Made by a program: the position numbers and the translations under genes. DNA of 64,000 nt from Xylographa opegraphella (taxonomy: Eukaryota): the NCBI GenBank assembly GCA_022813865.1, contig JALDZX010000063.1:1-64000 (forward strand). Reading direction: 5' to 3'. The notes under the pieces were generated by a model. It saw only the letters and a list, made by a program, of their open reading frames with translations. It made no database searches and was not told the origin of the DNA. Of the stretch, positions 22,779 to 35,289 are shown one piece after another; within the stretch, counting starts at the first letter, position 1, and every line of letters begins with the position of its first letter.

Positions 22779-24105
22779 ATGTCCGCTGAGAAGCGTCCCG
22801 CATCAAATGCCTTCGGGTCATCCCAAATGGTAGTGAAGCGGCAGAAGTCAGACGCAAACCTGAGGAATGGCACCGCGATTGCTGTTGCAGGTGGACAGTA
22901 TGGCAATGGTGCCCTGATACAGAGCGTAAGTTGTTTCCTCGTATAAGAATTCCAACAGAATGATGGGCTGAAAGATGTTGTGAGAAGGTCGGCTGATGAA
23001 GAGGGGGACAGGTCTCAAGGACAAGCGGATTGCAAGCACCTATCATAGAGCTCACTGGTACTTACCCTTACACTGCTATTTGGTCCATTCTGACTAACGG
23101 TTTCAAGGACACACAGGTGAAGTTTTCGCTGCTAGGTTTGATCCATCCGGGAATCTGATCGCGAGCGGCTCGATGGACCGGTCAATCAGTAGGCTTTGCC
23201 TGAAATGAAATGCCTATTTGTCTTGTATGCTGATTGTCCTGCTTGGCAGTGCTGTGGCGTACATACGGACAGTGTGAAAACTACGGGGTCCTAACCGGGC
23301 ACAAGGGCGCAATTCTCGACTTACATTGGTCCCGAGACTCCAGAGTAATATTTTCAGCATCTGCAGACATGACGATTGCAAGCTGGGATCTGGAGACTGG
23401 GCTACGTATACGGCGTCACATTGGTCACGAAGAGGTCATAAATTGTTTGGATGTGAGTAGGAGAGGGGAGGAGATGCTTGTAAGTGGAAGTGACGATGGC
23501 TATATCGGCATCTGGGATCCTCGGCAGAAGCAAGCTGTGGACTTCATTGAGACCGAATTTCCAATCACATCTGTTGCTTTGGCCGAAGTGGGTAATGAAA
23601 TATACTCTGCGGGAATCGACAATGATATAAAGGTGTGGGACATACGGAAAAAGGCTGTGGCATATGGTATGGTCGGCCATACAGATACGGTCACTTCGCT
23701 GCAGATTTCTCCAGACACACAATCTTTACTGTCAAACTCGCATGATGGAACGGTAAGAACATGGGATATACGGCCCTTCGCTCCGACGGATCGACATATG
23801 AGGACATATGATGGAGCACCTGCCGGTATTGAACGAAATCTGATACGGGCTTCTTGGGATTCGAAAGGCGAAAGAATAGCAGCAGGAAGCGGGGACAGGA
23901 GCGTTGTGGTCTGGGATGTGCGAACCGGCAAAATGCTGTACAAGCTTCCAGGTCATAAAGGAACGGTAAATGATGTACGATTTTCGCCTGGCGATGAGCC
24001 TATCAGTAAGTAAAACACGCTCGCTTCACAAGTTCTCCGCTAATCTCCATAGTTCTCTCCGGATCGACAGACAGGAGTTTGATGTTAGGGGAACTTGGAA
24101 AGTGA
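22779..24105 (+). CDS. WD40 protein, U5 snRNP 40 kDa (SNRNP40/Spf38/Cwf17-like), 5 exons
   Basis: Exons about 22779-22925, 23012-23057, 23108-23188, 23250-24005 and 24053-24105. Motifs RTSGLQAPIIELTGH, SGSMDRSI, WDIRPFAP, YKLPGHKGTVNDVRF and C-terminal LMLGELGK. Confidence 0.9.
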
Positions 24106-24921
24106 AGTGTGAAAACTGGAACGAGAACTTGAATAACCTGGCGGAACGTAGATCTAGGAGTAGTGCTGTTGCACACATGAGCTTTGCAGCAGTATGGAAA
24201 TTCTAAAATGTTGTTGGGGAAGAGAGTACCAGTGCTTCTTCACATCCGTCATTGAAATCAGAAAGTAGAGATACACTGGCTATCATTGAATGGCTCATCG
24301 GCAGTGCCGTGTTTTAAGATCGAGCCCCAAGAGGCATTTCGTATATAAGATCCCTTGGTCCAAAACATACGCGTCGTCATGAAGCAGTCCGGGTGAAAAT
24401 GTATACTATTTGCTTCGCCTGTTGTTCCTCGAAGCAGTTACCACAGTGTAGGAAATTGAGGTTCTGAATATTGATGCAATTCAGGGCGGGCGCAGATTAT
24501 TGGCGCACAGAACCTGAATCAATCGTGAAACTGAGCTTGGCGCATGAAGACGCCCACGCAACCACCACCTCCAATTACAATCTGCAACAGTAGCCTTGAA
24601 GCGAGCTTCGCAGCACTGCTGTCCGAGGTGAAATGATAGGCTGCCGCTGCCGCTCATAGAATGAAATTCGCACGATGACCCTTAAGTTTTCCTTCTGTGT
24701 TCAGTTATCGATACGCTCTTTGTCGTGTTCAGTTATGGTACTGATTTCTGTACACCGTTCATTCTCTCACATAGAGTAATGTCATTCATTTGATTTCTGT
24801 TAGCGGTTGACAGCTCTAGGTTATTATCGAAGAGTTCTTGCCACCCAATCAAGGCATTCATTTGTCTTGTTTTGACCTCTTGGCCTCGGATAGTCCTGTT
24901 GTGTGCCTTATCAGAGGCTTC

Positions 24922-24968
24922 CCAGGACTGTTGCCAGGACTGTTGCCAGGACTGTTGCCAGGACTGTT
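24922..24968. repeat. 12-bp minisatellite (ccaggactgttg) x4
   Basis: Units start at 24922, 24934, 24946 and 24958. Confidence 0.95.
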
Positions 24969-25338
24969 ACCTTACTGGACGATTTGCGTATCTGTTGGGT
25001 CGTCGATTGGACAGGACCTTCTTCTGGCCAGCACGGCATGGTTTGACAGTCACAGGTGGCTAGTGTTCTTCCTCGTAGCATACCAGGATTCATTTCAAGG
25101 TTGGTGGGGTTGCAGTAAGTGGGCCTGATAAAGGAGCCTCTTTGTCACGTCAACAAATCGCGTCCCATCCGGAAGTGTTCCGTGAACTGGTGAAAGAGAA
25201 AGAGAAATATTCTGTCCTCGCCGTGACCTTGATACCTTCAGCACATACCCAAAAACCCCTGACACAGAGGAATTCTGCTGAATGACTCGTTGTTGATAGG
25301 GGAGAATTGGGCAGCTTGTCTTTCTAGGACTTCACAGT

Positions 25339-26430
25339 ATGCAACTACCGTGGTCTTCACCCGGGTCTCAAGCACGGCATATTGGAGAGACGCAATCGTC
25401 AAGCAGTCCTATGTTCGCTCTCTTCCAGAGACAATATGCATGGACGTGTCGCCCAAACTATCCTCTACGGAACCAGCGGAAAAACTCTCGGAATGAGTCC
25501 CGAACACCTCCGCGCCTCAATATCGTTCATGGAAACAGCAGTGCTCCAGCTTCAAGGTCTCCTACTTCAACTCGATCCTTGATAGATCCAAGCTCATCTC
25601 CTGCAACTACTGCCAGGCCTCTATCAACCATAACATTCGACCACTTGCTTGGAGCACCATGTGTTCCGGCGCAGGCATATACTCGGGAGAATCGGTCTGG
25701 TGATATAGCGGACCTCTCAGGTCGACGAATGACCTCCTCAAGATTTCAATCGCAACCTCGATGGCGGCCCCGGCACTCACGTGGCCGGGCTTTTCTTCCG
25801 TTCATGAAGAAGAAAGGCATGAGGAGGCGCATATTCAGTTGTATAGTGACAGGCTTTATTCTTATGATAACATTAATCATCTGTCAGTAATAGTGACCCA
25901 ACACACTATCGTCGCAACTGCGCTAACTATATGCCAGTTCTCACGCTCGCTATGTCGAACACCGCCGCAGGGGAGAACTTTCACATCGTTTTGATACTCT
26001 TCCTTCTCATTTTCACCGTTATATTCTGTCACTCGCTCATACGCCTCTGTATGCTGGCTCTAAAGAAGAAAGATGCACGTCGAATAACAAGACTGTCAAA
26101 TAATGAGGGCTATGCACATCCTGAGGAGCCGATTCAGGTCGTGCTTGCAAGGGATGAGGAAACAGGTCAAGAGAACGATGGAGACGATGACCAGAAGGAT
26201 CTGCCGCCTCCACCGCCTGCGTATGGACTTTGGCGGGGCAGTGTTGTAAGTGACCTGAGTGCCTTGTCTGACGATAGTGCTTTGCTCATGGTCCCTCGCA
26301 GCGAATTGATCCGAACTTACTGCGATGGCAACGCGCTGAGGTTGTCCCTAGCCTGCCAACAACCATTCATGAGCAGCCACTGAATCGACCACCAAGTTAT
26401 GTTTTTGATAACGGCGTCGAAAGATTTTGA
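25339..26430 (+). CDS. Fungal two-TM membrane protein with cytosolic PPAY and PPSY motifs, 3 exons
   Basis: Exons about 25339-25882, 25938-26245 and 26322-26430. Two hydrophobic helices, then PPPPPAYGLWRGSV|RIDPNLLRWQR...RPPSY. Confidence 0.75.
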
Positions 26431-27323
26431 AGGGATGGTCCACAAACAAAGAAACACAACGCAGCGTAGCCAGAGACACACCGAGTATTCAGGTCCCCAC
26501 TACGAACCATTCATGGAACACATCTATTTTCACCCAAGGACAGTAAAACAATACGGCAAGCATACCTAGGGGTTCTAAACAGAGCGATGAACGGAGAGAA
26601 AATATTCCGTGAAATTGGGTATGTAAGGCGATCAAAGTAGTAATGCAGTTGACGAACAATATGCGGATATAAATACTACCTTTGCAACTTCCGAATATCA
26701 AACATGTCAATCGGCAACCCGCAATAGGATGACCTGAACTTCGAAATGCAATAATTGCTATTCTTTCCCTTCTACTTTGTTCAATATTTGATGGTTTGAT
26801 ATATGAACCCCATTTATACATAGTATCACCCGAACATAAAAACGTAATTCAGGTTGATATCTGCATCGAGTTCTGGTGACTACCGCCCCTAAATGCCGCG
26901 ACCTGGGCCATCGTCCATTAGGAATCATGCAACCTGAGTTATCACGCCCTTGGACAATCTCGACCGGAACATGATATATTCATCGGTTAGGGGTAGACTA
27001 GTGCTTTGGATCTTGCCAGGGACACGAAGCATTTAACAGACTAGTCATTTCCAGTCTGGGACCGCGTAACTTCCTGAAAGTTGATTTTGTCATGGACCAC
27101 TACGTTGTTGCTACTGTAAGTGTGGAGTCCTTCGGATTCTCTTGCTAGCAGCATGCGTATATCAAACCTCTGCCGTACAAGTCAGCGGTATGTGACACCG
27201 CTATCAAGTTTTCGAAGGCACCAGTATACGGTATATGTGATGAATGGATGTACCGGCAGACTTTCGGACTGGACGTAGCTCTAAGTGCTCTTAGAAGCAG
27301 TGGAAAGTTCGCCTAGTTGTCTT

Positions 27324-29336
27324 TCACACAATGAAGACGTCGTGAAAGTTTTGCAAGGGCAGGTCAAGATCAAGCGATTGACGACTCGGGAGCTCCTCGC
27401 ACTCTTCATCTCCTATGTTCTTCCGGCTTCTACTCTGATCTGATACTGCCTCTCCATCCATGATACCGTGGACATAGCAATCGCCCACCAGCTCAAAAGT
27501 GTCAGGTTGTGGGCCCAATGATGGTCGCAAAGCAAAAGGATGCTTTCCACCAGCAAGAATATAGATCTCGTCCCCTTCCTCAAGCTCGGCCGGTCCAATT
27601 CCGAAGTAGCCCTTCTTGGTGATGAAGAATCGACGACCACTACAGGCTTCAGAATAGGATATGTGAAATGAGTTGGCAAGATCGCTGTCCCAGTAAGCTG
27701 TCGTCGAATTTTCGAGCTCGTCTATCCATTCTAGGTATGCTTTGTGGTCACCGATTTGACATCTTCTTCGTGACTCACCTATCCCTTTATAGATGTCATT
27801 AATCAAGGTTCGCCAGTAAGCCTCGCTGGCATTGCCACCCGCAACATAACGTAAATCGTGATCAGCCTCGAGGTTCCATAGCAGTTGCCATGCCTGATGA
27901 ATTTCTAGAACTTCTGCTGAGGTCGGATCACAGGGCGCCAAGTCACTGCCTGTACTTCTCACACGATCAAATTGGGCGCCGAAAAGCTTTGATATAATTT
28001 TATTAACAACTTCAAACTTGAGATTGTGCTCTGCACAGGACGAAAAGTGGTCATGCTGTATCAAGCGTCGGGATCTATTGCTCCACTCTTCTAAGACTTC
28101 GGGCCCGCTCAAAGCATTCCAGCTGGGTATCCAGGTTGGAGTCGACCGAGATTCCTTTGCTATATACTGTGTAAGGCTGAAAAGTATCAAAGACTGCGAA
28201 CATCGAGTGAGTTGAGTAGCGGCATCTTGGAAAACATTGCCAACAGACATGTTGTAGTCGGGCTTAATTCTGCTTGCAATATTGTCATTCATTAGACCTA
28301 AGAAACCGTAGACTGAGTCGCGTTCATCAGCATTCTGGCACAATCGACCATGAGCCATGATGAGGACAAAGTCCTCATCTTCTGTGCCTTGTCCATGAAT
28401 CTCCGTCATGTTTTGAATGCGCATGTAAGCATCAAAGCTGTCTATAAAATCGTCCAAGATATATTCATCGAATCGAAGTGACTTCATTGCTGAGCCCACC
28501 ACTGAATTGAAACGATTAGCAGATGGCATGTTGCTCCACTCGAAAGAACTGAAGCCACAAGAGAGCACTGCTCTTTTCGCCAGTAGCAACTCTTGTTGAA
28601 CCCAAGTCCTATCCCACCAAGCTCTTGTCATGAGTTCAATCGTAGAGCGAAGATCGTTATCATCCACAGGACGATCGTGAAGCCTTGCTTCTTGAAGAAG
28701 CACTCCCTGGCCCACTTCATTAAGGAGTGCAATGGCATCATCGCTTCCTGTGGTAGGACTACCAAGCCAGACACGAACCACCTCTGCATTGCTGTAGATG
28801 GCTTTCATCAACGGTACTTGATGATTTCGTTCTTCGATATTTGATTGGTCTATACAGACAGCATCGATCCACAACACGCGCTCCGTAAATTCGTGACGTA
28901 AATATCTCATGGCAGCTTCAAGATTCGTCGTTACGGGCCAATCAAGGGCGTGTACCTCGCTCGCATCGTTAGATTTCGACCCCTGAGCTTGATGAACATC
29001 GGAGTTTATGGTATATCTGGCAAGCTCCGTAACAAATGATTGGGAGTCTTCGGGATTGAGTGCTTGAGCAACACTTAAGCAGGAGGAGTGGTTAGATGAT
29101 GGAATTGTCGCATTGGTGGTTGTACTCTTTCCTTGCACGCTTCGTATCTGAATTGGTGCTGTGACTTTGGGATCTCCCCAAACATAGGAAAGAGCCTCAT
29201 AATGAGGGTTTTCATCCAAAGACACGATGTGAAGGGACAATGAGGGCTGATCGTCGAGTATTTTACTGGGCGCCAAATGTGCCAGGCGAATCTGCCGTCT
29301 CCCACGATCCAACGGTATCCATACTCCAGAAGCCAT
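27324..29336 (-). CDS. HET-domain (HET-6-like) heterokaryon-incompatibility protein
   Basis: QIRL, YEALSYVWG, VTTNL..AMRYLR, LWIDAVCIDQ...ERNHQV..M..IYSNA and WW.RTWVQQE motifs; C-terminal GRRFFITKKGYFGIGP...ELVGDCYVHGIMDGE. The start could instead be 29348. Confidence 0.92.
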   Translation of the reverse strand: MASGVWIPLDRGRRQIRLAHLAPSKILDDQPSLSLHIVSLDENPHYEALSYVWGDPKVTAPIQIRSVQGKSTTTNATIPSSNHSSCLSVAQALNPEDSQSFVTELARYTINSDVHQAQGSKSNDASEVHALDWPVTTNLEAAMRYLRHEFTERVLWIDAVCIDQSNIEERNHQVPLMKAIYSNAEVVRVWLGSPTTGSDDAIALLNEVGQGVLLQEARLHDRPVDDNDLRSTIELMTRAWWDRTWVQQELLLAKRAVLSCGFSSFEWSNMPSANRFNSVVGSAMKSLRFDEYILDDFIDSFDAYMRIQNMTEIHGQGTEDEDFVLIMAHGRLCQNADERDSVYGFLGLMNDNIASRIKPDYNMSVGNVFQDAATQLTRCSQSLILFSLTQYIAKESRSTPTWIPSWNALSGPEVLEEWSNRSRRLIQHDHFSSCAEHNLKFEVVNKIISKLFGAQFDRVRSTGSDLAPCDPTSAEVLEIHQAWQLLWNLEADHDLRYVAGGNASEAYWRTLINDIYKGIGESRRRCQIGDHKAYLEWIDELENSTTAYWDSDLANSFHISYSEACSGRRFFITKKGYFGIGPAELEEGDEIYILAGGKHPFALRPSLGPQPDTFELVGDCYVHGIMDGEAVSDQSRSRKNIGDEECEELPSRQSLDLDLPLQNFHDVFIV

Positions 29337-29874
29337 TTCGGGATTCATTCTAGAGCAGTAAATCCAGGACTTCTCTATACTGGCAACCCAGAGCAATTTA
29401 CCGTAAAGCAATGTATTGGTAGCTGCATCTCAATCAAGGTGTTGTATTCAACTAGACTCACAAGGTTTCCCCGATTGTCAATTCTGATCGCAATCCGTTT
29501 GAAGGTAGAAGTAATATTTTGTGTTTTCTGGTATTATCACAATCAAAAACCTGGATATCATTTTACTACATTATCTCTATAATCTGTGTGACTGAAACTC
29601 AAAGTAGCAAGCGCTTCATGCTAATATGTAAAGGACTCGATATGGAGAATATACTTGAACAGATGAGCTAGACTAGGAACGCGTAGCAATGTAAACAAGC
29701 TACTGAAAATCAAGAAGTGGACAATAGCATGAGTGGAAAGTCCGGTGCTTGAATGAATAGATGATTAGTGTCCTACTAGCGCTGCTGCTAAGGTCACATC
29801 TTATTGGTTCATCAAACCTCGACAATAACAAGTACTAAATTCTTCCCCATAATAGCATCTTTTGAGGGTCGACA

Positions 29875-30931
29875 ATGGCTTTACCTATAACCACCCCGTT
29901 AAAGCTTGCAGACTACATTATACTGCCTCTCTTGCTGCCTAAATTACCTTCTTTCGGAACCCAAGCGGTGCATTATCTATACCTTCACCCCCACGAACCG
30001 AAAATTCCAACTCCTTCAACCTCCCGCTCGCTTTTCCTCGTTAATGTCCCCTGTGATGCTACCGAAATCCACGTTAAATATCTTTGCTCAGAGAAATTAG
30101 GAATACCAAGCGGTAGAATAGAAGAAGTACAGTTTGAAGGCACAATGAGACGCAACCGCCAGGGCCGTGATGACGTACAAGCATCAACCGGGCAATTGCA
30201 AACTGGAAAGAAGAGTATGAAACGTAAAAGAGGGGTAGATGAAACACGAATAGATCACACGGATGAGATGCGGTTACCAGAGACATGGGATAGGCCGATA
30301 TGGCATAGTGGAAGCAACGCGGTTGTGGTGTTTGTGGACCGTACAAGTATGGAAACAGTGATCAAGGCTGTGAGGAGGGTGCAAAAGGGAGGTGAAAAGA
30401 TCATCTGGGGAGATCGCATAGAGGGGAAAGTGCCCGCTCTAGGATTACAACGTGAGCCAACCTTTTTTACCGTGTAGGGTGAATTGTATTGCTGACCTAC
30501 TATGAAGGATACCTTAATTATCAAAAGATGCGTTACCCAGAAAAAGGCTTTCTACTGGAAATGGCCAACAGCTATATGACGGTCTATGCAAATCAGGAGA
30601 AGGCGCGCGCGCACAAGCTTGCTAGACAACGACAGCAACCCGACGAGGACGGTTTTGTGACTGTCACGAGAGGAGGCAGGATAGGTCCGGCAAGGCAAGA
30701 AGAGGCTAAAGAGCGGTTAGAAAAGCAGAAGGAAAAGCAAAAAGGGTTGGAGGATTTCTACCGATTCCAGTCCAGGGAGAAGCGTAAGGAGAGAGCTGGG
30801 GAGTTGATCAGGAAGTTCGAGCAGGACAGAGAGAAGGTCAGGAAGATGAGAGAGAGGAGAGGACGATTTAGGGCAAGTCAAGTCCTATAGTATTCGCAGA
30901 TTTTGCGCTAATGCAGGATCAGCCTGAGTGA
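29875..30931 (+). CDS. RRP7: Ribosomal RNA-processing protein 7, 3 exons
   Basis: Exons 29875-30451, 30508-30872 and 30923-30931. Motifs RSLFLVNVP, PDEDGFVTVTRGGR, LEDFYRFQ.RE and C-terminal RFRPE (via a GC-AG intron). Confidence 0.9.
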
Positions 30932-32550
30932 GAATCTCCAATGTTTTCCACTGCTCAATCTATAAGGGCCAAGCACTCGTCTTTCTTCACTTATATCGTT
31001 TCAGTCTATAACAGAATTCGGCTGTAGTCTGTCATCAGACTGGCTTTGGTAACCTCAGGTCATCAATATCAACGACCGCCTCCCGATACTCTTAATGCCA
31101 AGGGCTCACAATCAAGTCTTCTCCTATCCCGATATAACAGTTGCTCAACAAGATATATAACATTGTAAGACTGGTAAGTACAAGTTTATGTGAATGAAAC
31201 ACCTAACAAACGTTGACAAGTTTTGACTTGTGTCGATATAGACACGTGACCGCACTATTGCAGGCCGGCGCAGCGCTTAGGGTTGCGTCCTCTCTCGAAT
31301 TCACTATTACCAGCTGCCAAAATATTGCAGCATCAAAAACACAAGTCCAGACCCAGATTCGAACCTATGGCCAGCAAAAAAGTTCGGCGAGAGAAGCCTA
31401 CGTCTTTAGCGGTGCCTAGTCGTGCAAATGCCACTATATACAAGAAGGGAAGAAAGCCAAAGCAAAGCAAAGCGAAACGTAGAAATCATAAGCTAAGAAT
31501 ATGAGGCGCGTGCTACGACTAGGCTAGAGTTCTTGTCTGGACCAGCCGTTACTTTCCGCCAGCAGAACGAGCGCTTATCTGGCGTTATAACGCATTCATA
31601 CAACAAAATCGGTCTCCGTTACTGTCCGTTACTGTACAGTACTTTGCTACGATATAGCTACAATCTTCTCACCCGAGCATAACAACGCACATGGGCAGGT
31701 CAACATGAAAGCATAATACACGGCATTGAAGACGAACTCAAACCAACCTTCCCAATTCTGTTACATCGAGCACAATATAAGCAATAATATTCACAATCTG
31801 GAAATTTGTATTCGTAAGTAAGAGATTTTAGCATGCGATATATCTTTTTCAATTCACCTTCCGCTATATGATGAGTCCGCTGGGGCCATATGAACTTATA
31901 CCTTCATGGATTGTATTTTGCAATGCTTTCACAACCAGCTTCAAACAATCTTCTCAACCTCTGATATTTCTCTATACTTTCTGCAACCTCCTATGTTATT
32001 ACATGACCACGAGCCTCTACTGATGTAATTCTAGCATAATCAAAAATTACTGCCAGTCGTGTCGTTCATAATACTCAAGGATATCCATAGTGAGACAGAT
32101 AGGGGTCATCTATATTTAAAATTGCTGCAGAACAGACGGCTGGTGGATACTGCTTAACCCAGAGACCTCCACAATTGTAGCATATTGCAATTAACTCTCC
32201 TATCAAACATTTTATAAGTTTCTATTGACATAACTACTCAATATCTGCATAGCAGGACTCACTCATACAGATATATGCGTGTAAAGCTATCAACGCATAA
32301 AGACTTCTATGCATTCACTTACAAATTTCCCATTCAATTCATCTAAGAGAAATGTGCTGTAGAACTTGGATATTCGTAGGGATCGAAATCATACTGGAGC
32401 CGTCACGTGTTGGCGCGACAAATGATGTCACCCGAGACCACTGAAAATACTATGGTCGAGGCGTTGGACATTCATATCGACGACACTGAGGATTGTGACC
32501 GAATGGTCATCTATCGTCTCTGATAGAAGACGTGTAAGTAGGAGCGTCTA

Positions 32551-33702
32551 ATGGAGAACCCTACGCCAATGACATACAAAAGCCAATCTCCTGTTGTTGA
32601 CCCCAACTCCGGATTCGACTTGGATGCTGGAGTGCAATCCCGCTCAGGGACAAAGTCAATTGAGCATAAGGATGACCTTCCGTCTCTATTGACCGACTCA
32701 TCCATCCCATCCACGTTTAACGGCGCCCTCGAGCACTTCACCTTCAAATCTTCGGCCTTGACTGCTTCAAATGAACAGAAGAACCTCTCATCCTTGCTGC
32801 CGCAACCATTACCAAGATGTGTGACGAGGAAAGCACTGGAGCAGATGATCTCCCCAACTCTCAAACGAAATATTCGCGATTCCGTCTCGGCAAGCCCCTC
32901 TCCTCAGACTCTTACTACGAGAGATCTATCCGCCCACAAAAGACAAATATCTTCTACAGTCTCCATTACGCAGCCTTCACCTACCAAAAAACCCAAGCGC
33001 GCTTCCTCGGCCTACGCTCCGCCCAGCACCTACGCCCACCTCCCCAACCTCCTGACCGACTCGCTGGCTCCATCCCTGCTTGTAGTGTTCATCGGTGTGA
33101 ACCCCGGTCTCCGCACAGCTTCCTTAGGGCACGCCTACGCCCACCCTTCCAACCTCTTCTGGAAGCTGCTCCACTCCTCCGGCTGCACTCCCCGCCGCTG
33201 TCTCCCGTCAGAGGACCACGAACTGCCGCACCTCTACTCCCTCGGCCACACCAACATCGTCACGCGCGCAACGAAAGACGCCGGGCAGTTGAGCAAGGCG
33301 GAGATGGACGCAGGGGTCGCGGTGCTGGAAGAGAAAATGCGGAGGTGGAAGCCCGAGGCGGTGTGTTTGGTTGGAAAGGGCATCTGGGAGAGTGTGTGGC
33401 GGGTGTGGAAGGGGCGAGGGATCAAGAGGGAGGAGTTCAGGTGGGGGTGGCAGGACGAGAGGTTCGCTGCGGAAGAGGGGTGGAGCGGGGCGAGAATCTT
33501 CGTGGCGACTAGTACGAGTGGGTTGGCGGCGAGTATGCGCCCGGCGGAGAAGGAGGCCGTGTGGAGGGAGCTGGGGGAGTGGGTGGTGGTGAGGAGGGCG
33601 GAGAGGGCGAAGGCGGCATTCGAGGGGAAAGGTTCAGATGCGGAGGGACAAGTTGAGAGGGAGGTCGAGAGCAAAGCACTAGCAGATGGCTCACCCGACT
33701 GA
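32551..33702 (+). CDS. G/U(T) mismatch-specific DNA glycosylase (TDG/MUG family, Thp1-like)
   Basis: FIGVNPG catalytic motif, GHAYAHPSNLFWKLL, GHTNIVTR, P..VCLVGKGIW and TSTSG. Confidence 0.92.
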   Translation: MENPTPMTYKSQSPVVDPNSGFDLDAGVQSRSGTKSIEHKDDLPSLLTDSSIPSTFNGALEHFTFKSSALTASNEQKNLSSLLPQPLPRCVTRKALEQMISPTLKRNIRDSVSASPSPQTLTTRDLSAHKRQISSTVSITQPSPTKKPKRASSAYAPPSTYAHLPNLLTDSLAPSLLVVFIGVNPGLRTASLGHAYAHPSNLFWKLLHSSGCTPRRCLPSEDHELPHLYSLGHTNIVTRATKDAGQLSKAEMDAGVAVLEEKMRRWKPEAVCLVGKGIWESVWRVWKGRGIKREEFRWGWQDERFAAEEGWSGARIFVATSTSGLAASMRPAEKEAVWRELGEWVVVRRAERAKAAFEGKGSDAEGQVEREVESKALADGSPD

Positions 33703-34734
33703 AAGCAGATCCGCGAAAGCATCGAAAACGGCCGAATCAGTGCGGTGGTTTACGCCCACTCCTGCCCATAACCTTACACCGCAATCCAGCGCTTGACAGC
33801 CGGTGCCAGCATCTCCATTCAGCGCTTCCAAAACTCGCTGCCATGCTTTCTCCCGAATTGCAGTCTGTCGTGGTAAAGCCACCGAGCTCGCGACCACCGC
33901 TATACAACGCAACGTCCTGCACACCTCATATTCTTGCCCCATGCGCGGGACCAGCTCTTTGCTCTAACGTCCTATCGAATCGAGGACCCAAGCTCGCCTG
34001 GATTCGTTCTCGTACGCTAGCGTATCCTGCTCGTCCTGGTGTGGGGAATGGGGGTTTGGGGACGGGATGTGAACTGCGTTGGACGGTAAGGAGAGGGATT
34101 GTGAGAGGGTTTTGATGGCTGCTGTGGGATCTTTTGAGGGAACTTGTGAGGAGGTTTCAGTGGATGGAGACTGGAAGGGGCGTGAGGACAGAATGAAAAT
34201 GGATAGGGGGAGGTGAGGTAGGATCAAGCTCAGATATGATGAGGACATGACTGCGGCAACGGTCATCTTCGGATGTGGCAATACTGCCGAACAACAGTTC
34301 AGCACGAGTTCATGATCACCAACTGTGCGCATTCGGGTGGTTGTGAATTATTTCGTTTGCTCAATGCTATGGCTATATACATCATGAACATCGTGACTCC
34401 CACTCTACAACGCGGGGTCTCTCAGAGTCCCTTCACAAAATAAAGACGTCCATGGACGGGTGATGCGGATGTGGCGTGCAGTGCTTCGCGCAGCTAGCCG
34501 ATGTTGGTAGCTGGGATGCAGTGGAATTCTGGGGGGATGCCGTGAAATGGTATGGAGGAAATGACGCCGTTGATGCTATGCTGATGCCGATGCCGATATT
34601 CCCTATCGGACCTAATGCCGATGCCGAATGAATGCCCATGATGATGCCCAAAAAGGGTGCCGATGCTAACGGCGGTCCCTGTGCCGAAGACTCCGTGGCG
34701 CGCATGCTGGAAAATTAAAGGTCCACTTCGGGGG

Positions 34735-35289
34735 CTAGACTTTGCTGACCATGTACCGTCGTGGGAGCGTCCATGGTACAGGACAGACAACCTGAGCGAG
34801 GGGTTAGTCTTCCATCTTGAATATGACGGACGGTCAGGGGATTGGAAAGCTCACCTCTCCTTCCGAAAAAGCCCAAAAGTATACGCCCACTCCGATTAGA
34901 TAGTACAGGCCGGCGTTCGTTCCTTGGTAGAGTAATAGTGCTACGAGCGCGCTCAGAGGGTAGACCGCCAAACGGAGTTCGATGCTCCTGTGCAGGACCG
35001 AGTGGGTCACGATGCCCAAGGGCCATTCCCAGGCGAGGATGAGGATGCCGAAGAGGAGGTTGAGGATTTGGAGGATGGGTACGGGCTTGACGGCGCCGTC
35101 GAAGTTCTTGGTCGCGAAGTCCCAGAAGATCTTGGGCCAGAAGAAACCCTGGATGGCAGCGAGGATTTGGTCTGGGACAGAAGAGTTTAGCATGCGGTCA
35201 GAAATGGTCTGTTCGGATGGTGGCGACGTACAGGCTGCTGCCGTCAGGACTATCAACCGCGCCCAGTGATTCTTGATCAGCTTCCCCAT
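34735..35289 (-). CDS. noxD: NoxD/Pro41, fungal p22phox homologue (NADPH oxidase membrane subunit), 3 exons
   Basis: Exons 35289-35232, 35171-34855 and 34791-34735. They give MGKLIKNHWARLIVLTAAAYQ...GFFWPKIFWDF...AWEWPL...YQGTNA..YYLIG..VYFWAFSEGEVVCPVPWTLP, which I recognise as the Pro41/NoxD sequence. Confidence 0.9.

Noticed and set aside
24872..25063. Metallothionein-like (QDCC)n ORF
   Set aside because: Produced by the 12-bp minisatellite; non-ATG start and no other support.
31368..32400. Short basic ORF (MASKKVRR...) followed by a somewhat AT-rich stretch, possibly a decayed gene or transposon
   Set aside because: No recognisable domain, terminal repeats or sustained reading frame.
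35172..35231. noxD intron 1 is 60 nt and stop-free, so the ORF reads through it
   Set aside because: Canonical splice signals restore the AAAYQ motif; read-through is probably incidental.
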